From NCBI GenBank assembly GCA_002633005.1, contig NMRA01000150.1, positions 763,486 to 827,485 of the forward strand: a stretch of 64,000 nucleotides of DNA, written 5' to 3'. The position numbers were made by a program, and so were the translations under genes. Below, piece after piece: positions 1-12,300 of the stretch. The notes beneath the pieces were generated by a model. The model saw nothing but the letters and a program-made list of their open reading frames with translations, did no database searches and was not told the DNA's origin. The DNA is from Phoronis australis. Its lineage: Eukaryota > Animalia > Phoronida. Position 1 is the stretch's first letter; each line of letters starts with the position of its first letter.

Positions 1-781
1 TGATGGCACCATAAGTAACCAATAATATTCATCTAAGTGAGAAATACACAAACAACAACCAATGAGACCCATCAAAAGCAGTTTCATGCAAATGTTTTTG
101 AGACTGATATCGGTATAGTCTGTGTCGTGGGGCCCACGGAATATTGAAAAATGTGCTACGAAAACCAAAATTCTGGCCTCCCAGAAGACAGCCGTTACAT
201 AAACTGCTGCGCAACGGTGTCTTTGCTGACAAAATCTCCTTCGCAGAATTAACCACTGAGCCTTAATTATTGTCAATGGGTCAGTTGTCCGCCAAACACA
301 AAAAGGTGACAACAAAAGCGAATAGGCCTAACGCAATGATCAGCAACTTTCGTGCCCACTGCACTTCCAGTGAGCAGGTAGTGGATTAGGCATATAGGTA
401 GCACTGGGCCTTTGTTTAAATTGACTAGTTGTTCGAGATGAATTGAATGAAAAGATGAGGGATTATTTACACGCTGCGTTACACCATAAATAGATTAGCG
501 GCCCGGTCTGCCACTTGAGTGAGACCGGTGATTAGGCTGTCCACAACTGACCACTTCCTTAGCCTTTTTTCAGTTTTATTGGGCTATGGCCAGTTGCCGT
601 CAAGAGTAATTTGAACCAGTGAAGACCTTATTAACGACGACGACGCCTTTTTTACAAAGTAGTCCCTATATTTTTAAAATGGTCGCGGGATTTTTAAACA
701 GGACGCTGGATTTTTAAACAGGACGCTGCGACACGTTAAAAGTGGTCGTGGAGAACACTGAACCCTTTTGCTACATTGCAT

Positions 782-1855
782 AAAAAACTTGCGTCGCATA
801 TTTAAAACCATCGCTGATTTCAACGTTGGCCGTTTTTGTTCCATACAACACTTTTAATGAAACCTAGTACCAATCCCTTACTGTATTCTTTTAATCATAT
901 AGGGGGTCAGTTCCACATAAAATTGTTGGATGTTTCGTTTGTCCGTTACCAGCTGTTTTAATGACACGGTGACTGCAGCCATAGCCGACTAGCTGCCAGT
1001 TCTTGAAAAAATGCCTGCCTCCAGAGTTCAACTAAAGGAAATTTTTACTAAGTTACACATCATCGAGGAATGAGCCAGAGTTCTTTGAGAAGGAAATTTG
1101 TTTTCAGCTACAGACAAAAAATGATAACATGGTGGACTCACGTTTAGATGCAAGTCCCAAGTAAAAGATTACAGTCTGAATTCAGTTCTTCATGGCAAAC
1201 TACAGAAGGATATAGTTATATTACAAACACTTCCGAGCTTGCCAATAGTTCAAAAATAATCAATTTTTGAAGTTGGTGAATTCTATAGAAGAGGTTTATG
1301 AAAAGTGACTCCTAAAAGGGTGTTTTCTCACAGCTAAAGAATACTCTCCAAAATTTTACGAAATTATTACATGCACCCACATATCCACATTTCCATCATC
1401 TCTGTCTAGGCATCTGCAGTCTGATACTGTATTTACAGGATCTTAGCAAAATTTGGAAAATATGTTCCTGTGATGCTAGAGAAAGAAAATGGATTTTGGA
1501 CTGATTCAGTCACTGCTGTGCCCTCTAGTGGCAAATTTGTTTTTCATAAAATTTGGCAAATAAGTTTCTATTACAGAGACAACTATACCTTTTTATTTTT
1601 TGATGGATTTGACGTATTCTGTTCCACCTAGTGACCATTTTTAAGATTTTCAAGTGTTTTTTTGTCATCCACCTCTCTATCCGCCAATCCTGCCAAAAAC
1701 GTAACGAAAGTTGGCATATATGTTGTATTGAAAAGAACACGACTGTCCTTGATTTTGGTTAGGTCTGGGTGACATCCCATGATGAAAACCTGTTTTTATC
1801 TTTAATCCCTTTAATCTTTGTCAAATATGGCAGTTTTTTTACCTATGAACATCAC
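782..1855. repeat. Dispersed repeat, copy 1 (near-identical to 8430-9722)
   Basis: Colinear sequence match, e.g. acgttggccgtttttgttccataca and aagaatactctccaaaattttacgaaatt; paralogous spurious ORFs 1525-1740 and 9402-9605. Confidence 0.85.
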
Positions 1856-2308
1856 TCAAACAATGTATTCTCCCAAGAACTATGTGGTAGTAGCAGGTTT
1901 GAGACACAAGCGACATTTGATTGTGTTTTTTGTAAATGAAGTATATTTCATCACTGGGGAACATGCGAGGGTGTCCCAGGACTTTTGAGTCCGGGTTGGG
2001 AAATCTACATGACTGTAAACTCGATCGAGCCATTCAGCTAAAAACAACTTGGGTGATAATTGAATTTCTATAGCCTGGCCATATATTACTGACACTCAGA
2101 AAATGTCATCTCCACTGACTCTGACTTGGGATCTCTCAGAGTCTATAGAAATAAGAACCTTGGCGTGACCGCACGGCACCACTTGCGACATTGTGGAATC
2201 CATGTTCGTATCACCTCTTAGACCACAATCCTGAACTTTCCAGAATCTACGGAATCATTCAACAAACAAATATACTCGAGAATGTTCCAGACCACTGGTT
2301 TCTTTATT

Positions 2309-2447
2309 AAAAACCGGACGATCGCCGCACAAATAAAAAAGTTCATGTTCAATTCAACGTTTCGTCTTTTCATTAGATATCATCAGGATCATATTTACAA
2401 CAATTTATTTACAACTTTTTTATTTGTGCGGCGATCGTCCGGTTTTT
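2309..2447 (-). mobile_element. Perfect 35-bp inverted repeat enclosing a hammerhead-like core; Penelope-like terminal remnant
   Basis: 2309-2343 is the exact reverse complement of 2413-2447; the minus strand of the spacer reads cCTGATGA-tatctaatgaaaagac-GAAAcgTT. Confidence 0.6.
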
Positions 2448-3155
2448 GATCTTTGTGGCCAAAAACTGATTTGGTTCTATATTTGTCACTAATATGCTGG
2501 AACGTGTTAGAATGTTGTCTAGTGTGCTATTGTAAACAACTTACATCATCACTTGACCTCTTGGGTCATGTCAATCAAGCGTGAGCTTCTAGTAAACAAA
2601 TAGAGAATAGCAAAATAAAACATATAGAAATAAAGCAAATGTCAGTCTTCTTCGAACCCTTTGTTTGCCGTTGCTCTACTCTGTACAAAATGGTGGTTTA
2701 AATTGTAGATCACTAAAGATTATTCCAGAGGTAGCAACTTCAAGTAAAATTACATCTCAAACGTTATGTTCTGATCATGTAGTTTTTTAGCAAAAAGCAT
2801 AGGCTTTCTGATTATGAAATGTGGTTATTATTTTTGTTTTTATTGTTATTGTCATTTCAGCAAAATGTAAAACTCGCTCCCTCTCCCTCCCTTGTTCTAC
2901 ACCGGCCTCTCCATCTCTATTCATCCTTCCCTCCCACCTTTCCTTCTACTCACTGATGTCAAATTTAAAATGATTGTTCCTGATATTTCTTCAGACTTGC
3001 CATTGTCTTGTATGTTACCAAAATGTGTTTTACATGGTTAACTGCTAATTTATATTTCTCTCTAAGCTTAATGACCATTCTTGTCAAAGACATTGTCCCC
3101 TCAGTTTTATTGTTTCCCTAAAAATAACTTCTGCATTATTTTGGTTTTATTTCAG

Positions 3156-3359
3156 TGAATATCGCTGCTAAGAAACCAACTCAGCAGTCTAGCATATATG
3201 AAGGTCTCACATCTTCAAAAGCTGTGGATGGGGACCTGAGACAAGACTACATCTACTGTGCTAACACACTTGCTGAGAAGGACCCCTGGTGGAGAGTAGA
3301 CCTGTTAGCTGTGTACTCTATTTCTAATGTTACGATAGTGAACCGAGATGGCTGTTGTG
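3156..3359 (+). CDS. Exon: F-type lectin (fucolectin/FTP) domain 1, N-half
   Basis: ttcag| ... g|gtaagt, phase 1-1; [12 protein letters not shown]...AVDG...C...PWWRVDL...IVNRDGCC. Confidence 0.9.
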
Positions 3360-6300
3360 GTAAGTTTTACCTTCATTTGAAATAATTTGATGAAGTCACA
3401 ATTCACTAAAACTAATTTTAATATACCGACTTAGAGTTGCTATAAATGTGTATTCATAAAAAATAAGTTGTGATTTAGTGTAATGGTGTGGGTCATGAAA
3501 TTGGTCTCATGTTGTTCCTTACTCAAATTAGAGCTGATAGCTGGACTTGACCAGTCAGGTCATTGGTTCAGATCAGGCTCAACAAGTTTGTACCATTAGG
3601 GTGTTCTCCTGCTCAGTGACTAGGTACTGATATTATCTAGCTCCTTGGTTTACTGCCAAGCACAGTCTTTTGTCTGGTATGACAACATGCAGGCCAATTA
3701 TCTACCAAGCTTATTACCGTTAGGACAGAATAGATTGTCTTAACTTCAGTTTTATTTGGGGTGATTTTGGTCATTCAAAATCTAAACATGATCAGCATTT
3801 GACGAAGAATTCAGAAATGGTATTGGTTTATGTTCAAACGTTTATAAGTCAACTTTTAGTTTTAACAGCAAAGCCCAGTCATGGTAGATAGGAACTTATG
3901 CAAGATTAGTGCAATTATCGAGCAAAGGAGAGATGACCCTCCAACCATAAATGCCAGAATGTACTTAATCACTCAGTACAGGCTACAGTGGTCATCTGCC
4001 CAACTTGCTGTTGTGCTATACAACCGAACAAGTTGGACTCAACGGGAGAATGCCGTAATGCAACAAGTTGGCTTGTCTTAGCTGTCAATGTTATGCCCGA
4101 AGCATGGTCTGTAACATTAACATTCTGGGAGCTCTTTACATGTCAAGAAACTAAAGCAGGGCAGAGGATTGGTTTTATTTTACATTAACAATTAACACAT
4201 GTATGATTGCAGTTATTTCAAATGACACTAGGACCTTGTCAAGTCTTCTTTGTGATTTTATACTGCTAGGTGTCATTCTTTGACTCAATAATGGGTAGGC
4301 ACCCAATGATCAGTCTTTTGTAATCTTGTCAACACATCATTCACGGATTCTATAAAGGCCAAGTATGGTGCCAAAATGACTATTTTTACATTTAAAATAC
4401 ATTTATTGATGAAAAATATCAAAATACTTTGTCATAGCATACCCCAGTCGTTAATGAAGTAGGCCTTCGACAATACAGGGGCACGAACCCCATTTAGAGT
4501 AAAAAAAACTTGGGACAACGCACGCGCCAATCGAAGTCAATGACATCATCGTTACCACGAATTTGGCTTTCACTGTGTCCCCATAGTATTGGAATCAGCG
4601 ATGACTGGCTATTTCATTTAGTGCAAAATACGTGGAAAATCAAGGAAAACACAGTAATTTTTCATTTCATGTCAGTAAATATTAAAATTGATCAAAACCA
4701 TTACCTTTAGAGTTTTTATTCATTTATTTAGCACATATGCGGGCCCGTATGGGAATCCCCTGGAGTGTGACTGGGGCCGTCGAAACAGCCGGAAAAACAA
4801 AACGCTTCGTCTGAATTGTTATCAGCAATTTCACAATGTTTATTATAAAGAGTAATTTGCTTGATACAAAAACTTTAGTGTTAGGAACTTTGCATTCATG
4901 TCTCTTTGAAGCCGAAGGTGTGAATGCTGCACGATTCCAATACGGGCGGCTGTCGAGTGTGTGTCCCTTATTGGTATAGGCAACAATAGGCCGTTTAATT
5001 TGGTGCAAAATACTTGGAAACGTTACTACACATATTGGCTTGATCTTTTCGTACAAAGCAATTATAATCAAATTCGTTGAAAACTTTATATTAGAAACTC
5101 AATTTTCAAAATAAGTCGCCTTGAAATGCTGCAACCTATAGCCTGATTGCCACCACTCGGTCAACCTAAAAAAATTTTTTAATAGCAACGCAACATTGTG
5201 AGTGTCTAATAAATTAAAACTACGAAATAAAGTCTGGATTGCATGAAAACACACCCAATTATAAGAATTTGTAATCAATTGAACGTTTTAAATTCAGTAT
5301 CAGAATTCCGTTAGGCCTATGGGAACGACCCAGTCACACAGAACATTCAGGATTTGGGCCGGATTCCCTATACTCTTGGCCGAAACAGTAACACGAAACG
5401 TCGAAGTGCACACTGTATATTTTTTGTAGCCAGCCAGCTAGGTGTTTGAAGAATATCACTAAAATACAGCTAGGTAACACTGTGAATTGAGCTCTGTTAA
5501 ACTACGAAATATCATACAGGCCGGGTATGAGTTGTGTTAGTCACCTCGTTGTGAAACTTCTATCGCAGAGCCAACGACGGACAGCCGGGGTGCATGCAAA
5601 ATGTTTGAGACAATTCGGACACTCACCTTGCCTGTTGCCAGTGGTTCACGGGAAGAACAATCTAATACACATCATTTTCTAGCATTACTCTACGCCTTTT
5701 GAATTGTGTAACAAAGAAAGTCGTTGTTTTGAAAACAGTACGCTCGTGACAAGCACACGCGTCGTACTAAAATTTTGCGACTTCTTATGGGACATGATGA
5801 TAGCTTCGCAGTAGTAAAGTTTGTTCTAAATTCGGTTTGCTGGTCTTAAAAATGCTAAAAACTTGTAACAAAATGAAACCAGTTCTGACAATTTGTTGTG
5901 ACAGTACGCAACCTCGTGGCAGCAAAGAACAGTTGATAGAAGAATAAACTGGGGAGGGGGGGGAGAAACTGTTCAGGTCAGGTGACGTAATGGCTAAACG
6001 CCGACACAAGAGTGCACTTCAATTTTAACAGTAGATGAGTGGTAGAACAATAATTCTTCCAACACGGTAAATAATTTGGTTTACTCAAAGATTGGTGCAG
6101 CTTTTAATGACACTATTTCTGAGTCAGATTTTATTGAGCAATTTTTACCCACATCGACGCGAAGCTGTAGATTTTGTATAGGGCTACAGCTTTGCACCAA
6201 GCCTAAAACAGATCTTGCCGATCAGGAAAGTTTGTCGCCAGGCCTTGTCGTTGATACAAATCTATTCCACGCACGGCACACGACATGATCGGTGGGGAAG

Positions 6301-9300
6301 TTGTGCAAATGTATCACATCGTCGCTGACATTGCTACAACCGCACACCATGCAAAGAGGCATTTTAGCCCAGAGATCGACAAGTACAGAACGTCCAAGAA
6401 GTAGCACTCAGCTCTTACGCAGTGTGGCTTCCTAATAATTTTGTGGCCACGATGATGTCATATGAACCACTTTACACTGATTGGTTGAGATTTTTTTGGG
6501 GTACTCGAAGGGGCTACGAATTATGAGCGGTGTAATTTGCGTTGCAATTAATTTCTTTCCGTGGTATGTAAGAAGCAAAAACATTTTTTATTAACAATAC
6601 ATACGTTCCTGGTGTCAAAAAAGTGTTTTAGCTGCTGGACGATGTCTTTAAGGATGCAACTGCATACAAGTCTGTTAGGTGCATTTATACCCTACTACAC
6701 TGTTGTGCGTTTGCCATTGATTGCATGTTGTGTGAAGATTTTTTCAGTTTTTGTGTTGTGCTCCTCGGCGAAGGGTTGAAAACTCATGATTTATGTTTCC
6801 CATTCTCGTTTTTGTGGTTGATCTTATAGATAAACAAAACACCAAAATGAGCTTAGGCTAATTTGGGGGTAGACCCTATCACCACCGAGGTGACCAAAAG
6901 GACGTCGCTGGTATATGCCCTTTTCATGGCCTCTAGACCGATCAGGTGTGTTTTCACTGACTTGCTGTTTACACTTGATGTCTGTCTGTTCTTATTTCAA
7001 TAGGTGATCGGCTGCGTAACTTTGTTGTCAAGGTAACCAACATCTCAAGCCTATCTGCCCCATCCCAACAGTGTAGTCACTACCCAGGACGTGCTAGTAC
7101 AGGAGACACACTACGTATAAACTGCAGTCCTCATCCAGTGTTTGGTCGCTATTTGTATATACAGATTTTCGATGAAGCTGGGGTCCTCACGCTGTGTGAA
7201 GTACAAGTTCATGGTGTTGTGATTTCTTCTGGTGAGTTGTTGCATACTTGTCAGCAGAAAAGTATCAAGGTTGAGATGAATTAAATGAACAAAAGTGAAA
7301 ATTTGTGATCCATTACAGGTATTTCATAGTCAAATTGTAGAGCCAATACAGTAGGTTTTGCACAAACTCAATGCTCATTCAACTCTCTGTCAGAATATCT
7401 GAGATCATTTTAATTTCTTGATAGGGTAGCTCAGGGTATGGTAGAATGTTTAACTTTGAGAAAAGGTACCTCAAATGTCATACTGTACACAGGGTTACCT
7501 GTTGTACGGTGCTTAATTTGTTTCCACTCAATTATGTGCTGATTAAAATATAACAAGTTGTTACATTTTACTCTGCTAGGCTTCCCCTAAAATATAACAA
7601 GTTGTTACATTTTACCAAAGCGATTTCATATTTCATGGGTTTGCATGGTACTTTTCACAGGAGGAAAATGGTTACCACACTTAATGGCTTCTTTCTTGAT
7701 TTGTTTGAATGAAATTTTGTCCGTTCAAATTCAGATAGATGTGTCCCCATGTGCTTTCCGTTGTTTTTTAACATAAATGGTTTCTTGGTATAGTCAAATA
7801 ATGTGAACCATACAGTTTCAACTCCAGACCAAAGGAGTTTCCAGGATCAGGATCAGTTTATTGTTGAAGTATTCTTACAATCTTTTGTTGGTGCTCCCAG
7901 GTCATAAACCAAGTGTGTATTTTTTCAATAAAAGCAACCATAACAAAGTGTTTCACAGAGAATTCAATTTCGGAAACCAAAGAAAAATCAACCCTTTTAG
8001 TCCATGATAGTTTGACTTTTATCAGCCAATTTTACTGCCTTGAAATCATCGCTGATTCATTTATTGCCCCACTCCACACAAAAGGAGCAAAACCAAAGTT
8101 TCTGGTACCAACTAGTTTTGTCTACCACCTTAGTTGTAAAAATCCATTGAGGAAGTACATCTCACCGCTGTGCGGGGAAAGTTTCTTGAGAAGTGCACCA
8201 TTCCTGCGGATTACAAAAAGTGCATTTTCTCTTTATATTATCTTTTAATATAAAATGTCAATTAATATTGTTATTTTTTCAATGTTCGTTAGTACGAAGT
8301 TTATATATGAAGACAAAGATTGGACATTCTGCTATTAAAAGGCGTGAAGTCACATGTCTCATCAACATGCATGCTTGTAGGCAGAGTAAGGGAATTTGGT
8401 TATTAACCACTTCGCTTCATCGCATATAAAAGCGCATATTAAACACTATCACTGACTTTGACGTTGGCCGTTTTTGTTCCATACAACCATCTTTCTATGA
8501 AATCTAGTTCAAATTCCTTACTGTCTTCTAAGAGTATAGTGGCCCATTCCATATGAAATTGTTGTGTGTTTTGTATGTCCATTACCAACTATTCTAATGA
8601 CCCGGTGACCGCGGCCATAGCCGACCAGTCGCCAGATCTTGAAAAGTGTCTGCCTCCAGAGATCAGCTTAACACAAGTTTTGAACTGACTCATCATCGAG
8701 GAACGAGTCCCAGTTCTTTGATAAGGAAATTTGTTTTCAGCAAGAGACAAAAATGATATCATGGTGGGTATCCTCACATTTAGATGTAGTCGCAAGTAAA
8801 AGATTAGAGTCTGAATTCAGTTCTTTGTGGCAAACTGCAGAAGGATATAGTTATATTACAAACACTTCCGAGCTTGCCAATAGTTAAAAAATAATCAATT
8901 TTAAAGTTGGTGCATGTCTATACAAGAATTTAAATCTCAACCTCCTCGTTTCCAAAAGGTAATCCTACTCTGCATCCACAGCTATCAAAACGTTTCTCAC
9001 ATTATCATTAAGGTTGAACTTAAGAACCCCATTAAAATCCTTTTGAAACAGCAGTTGTTGTAGTAATAGTAATAATAATAATGATAATGGTTTGCCAAAT
9101 GCATGCCATGTCAGCTCGAAGGGTATTCCTATAGAAGAGGTTTATGAAGAGTGACGCCTGAGGGTGTTTTCTCACAGCTAAAGAATACTCTCCAAAATTT
9201 TACGAAATTGTTACATGCACCCACATATCCACATTTCCATCATCTCTGTCTAGGCATCTGCAGTCTGCTATTGTATTTACAGGATCTTAGCAAGATTTGG

Positions 9301-12300
9301 AAAATATGTTCCTGTGATGCTAGAGAAAGAAAATGGATTTTGGACTGATTCAGTCACTGCTGTGCCCTCTAGTGGCAAATTTGTTTTTTGTGTTTGTGTG
9401 ATCAATTTTCATAAAATTTGGCAAATAAGTTTCTATTATAGAGACAACTATACCTTTTTATTTGTTGATGGATTTGACGTATTCTGTTCAACCTAGTGAC
9501 CATCTTTAAGATTTTCAAGTCTTTTTTTGTCATCCACCTCTCTATCCGCCAAACCTGCCAAAAACGTAACCAAAGTTGGCATATATGTTGTATTGAAAGG
9601 AACACGACTGTCCTTGATTTTGGTTAGGTCTGGGTACTATGACATCCCATGATGAAAACCTGTTTTTTATCTTTAATCCCTTTAATCTTCGTCAAATATT
9701 GCAGTTTTTTTACTTATGAACTTGACAATGGATGATGATTTCTTTCAGATGAATACGAAATAATACTGTGCCCCTGTTGTGGCAATTTTTTTACATTTCT
9801 GCTGCGTGTCCATAGACACAATTTGAATGGGGCTATGCGGAGAATTCTCCTTGCGGTGTTGCTGCTGTACTAGTGGTGATTGAATTGCGCATGCGTGGCT
9901 GTCTGCATGTAAACAACTGGTGAAAGATCGAATTTTTATCAAAATACGTCGTCGCGCTAAGCCTTATTACTGCTAATTTCCCTGGTGCAAGTCTTCGACA
10001 GGTGGCCACAAATTCCCAAAAGACCTAAGGTTACTATATTCGTGGACAATTGCGGTCAACAGGGTCAACTAATTGACAAAAAGTGTGTGGATGCTGAAGC
10101 CCATGACCGTGTGTGCTCTATGACTATGCAGTTCCATTCGGAGACTACACAACATTACTTGGTAAGTTTTTAGCTATCAGTTTCTATCAACATCGTTCGG
10201 TGATGTTATCCCCACCAGTTACCCCACTGAATGACAGTTTTATTGAGTGGAACTAAGTGTTTCTTTTTGGAAACTCACCCGATGCCGGGTAGGCTAGCAG
10301 CACATATTCATATTGTCCTGGGTGGGAGTGTTCCCAAAATAAGAGGTGTATGGTACGTGATGCACAGAAGTCACGAGTGACTTTTTCACAGCAGTTTCTC
10401 TTCAGAACTATGCTGTTTTCAATAAAATTCTCTAGATGAGTGAGTTTCCTTATTTTATCGTGGACCCCACCCCCAGGACCACTAGCTCAGTTATCGAATT
10501 AACATGAATAAGCCTTAATTCAGTAAATGTCGTAACATTGCATTGGAAAAAATTGACACCTAGAATGAATTTTACTTGTTGAGATCAGAAGCACATTTTA
10601 AGTGAAATGAAAAATACACATTGTTAAATCACTTTTAGCCTGTTTCACATATTTTAATTCAGATATTAAATAAGACTTGGGTACAAAGGTTATTAGTTTC
10701 TACACATAAAACATGAAGGTGAAATGTCAAGTATGTTCTGCCTTACAAAAGTAGTTTTGTCTTGTCTATTCTTTTACAATTTGCTAATATTTCTATTCTG
10801 TTACAGGCAAGAAAAAACAACTGAAACCAACCTTCTGCCCATCTATTTCACCGTTGGACAGAGTGAAAAGCAATCCTTCAGCAATAACCTGAGAGAATTG
10901 AACGTAATTCAGAAATTCAGCACCTGATATGCCTGATTATGGACCCCCTCGCAATGTTGTTTCTTTCTGTGCTTTTTCAGTTTGCCATTTGTTTTTAAAT
11001 ACACTGATAATTGTTTATTCTCGAATCTTGTGCATAGCAGATTCTTATCCAGCTAACTACAATTGAAAACATACAATAAGACAATCGATGCAGTCACTGA
11101 ATGTCATTTCCCCATAATGTGTACCAAATTGAAAAGTTTTTACTAATAGTATAAAGCCTTTCTTCTGAAAGGAAAATTTAATGTCACTCAGCTTTTGGCT
11201 TTCATTTCACTGGGATCTAGTTTCAATCTCTTCTACAAGGTATTACTGTAGCCAAGGCTGTTCAAAGCCCCTTCCATCCATTACACAGTCAAGTGAAGAC
11301 TGCACTTGGCAGGTGCGTGAACCCCGTCCCTGCAACAGTAACTTATGGACTTCGTCCTAGACCTTTTCGCAATGCCGCCTACCAAAGACTTAGCAGGTGC
11401 TCGTGGACTGTCGCTGCTGTTAACGTGCAAGATGCTGCTTGGCTGCCAGTACAAGAACTTGGTGAGGAACCGAATGTCATCATTGCTTTCAACAGGGAAG
11501 CTCGGGAATGGCCTCCTGGAGTAGCCCAAGCATTGTGCCGTCAGCAATGGCGTGATCTTGGCGGTATTAATGCCATCATTGTAGCAACTGATGGTTCCTT
11601 TGATGGTGAGACTAATCGTGCGGGATGGGGTTATCAAATATGCTGTGCTAACAACGTCATTGCGGAAGGTAGTGGCTGCCACCATGTATGCACAAGCAGT
11701 ACGCGGATGGAGTTTGAGGCTATACAACGTGCCCTAACCAAGCTGTCACTCTTAGACCTGGAGAATGACACCATTATCTTTGCCACTGATTCCATGGCAG
11801 TGTTGATGAAAGTTCAATCTGGTAACCTCCCAGCCAACTGGGGTGTCTTCCGATCACGCCACCCTCATTATGTAGTGATCTGGTCTTTCGTACCTGGCCA
11901 CGCCGGTGTCCTGATTAATGAGCGTGCAGATTACCTCGCTGGCTCATGCACCACCAACCAACCAACCCCTCTACTTATATTCGGCTGACGTTAAGCTGCT
12001 GGCCCGCAAACGCAACCTCGAGCAGACTGCATCCCAACTGGCGGAGTTCAATGATGGCAGCCGACTGCTCGAAGCCGGTATTATTTATGGCCATGCAGCG
12101 AAGAGTCACAAGAAGAGCCGTGCCCGAGTGCTGTCAAATCAAATGCTTACAGGCAACTTCAGCAGGTATTATTACAGGTATCTAGTTTCAATGCCTATAG
12201 AAGCGCTTGTAAAAAGGTCCAGTTTCAACACGTGGCTTTCTTTCATGTTACCTCATTCGGCCTCAATAACATCCACAATTAGACCCTTGAAGGTAAACAA

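Noticed and set aside
621-760. Possible hAT-like terminus (gtggagaacactg) with a 20-bp direct duplication
   Set aside because: The partner end is not in the window, so no TIR pair or TSD can be verified.
1-3155. Signal-peptide or further ectodomain exon upstream of FTLD1
   Set aside because: I found no convincing AG/GT-bounded exon with recognisable protein features. The gene's 5' end is probably outside the window.
782-9722. 782-1855 / 8430-9722 duplication as a trace of the FTLD module duplication
   Set aside because: The repeats are near-identical while the two FTLDs are highly diverged, and no exon lies inside the duplicated unit. A later repeat insertion or local copy fits better.
11293-11988. 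Host RNase H1 gene nested in the intron
   Set aside because: It is intronless, frameshifted, lacks a proper start, has an upstream LINE HPLH motif and is flanked by a 13-bp TSD, so it is a retrotransposon fragment.
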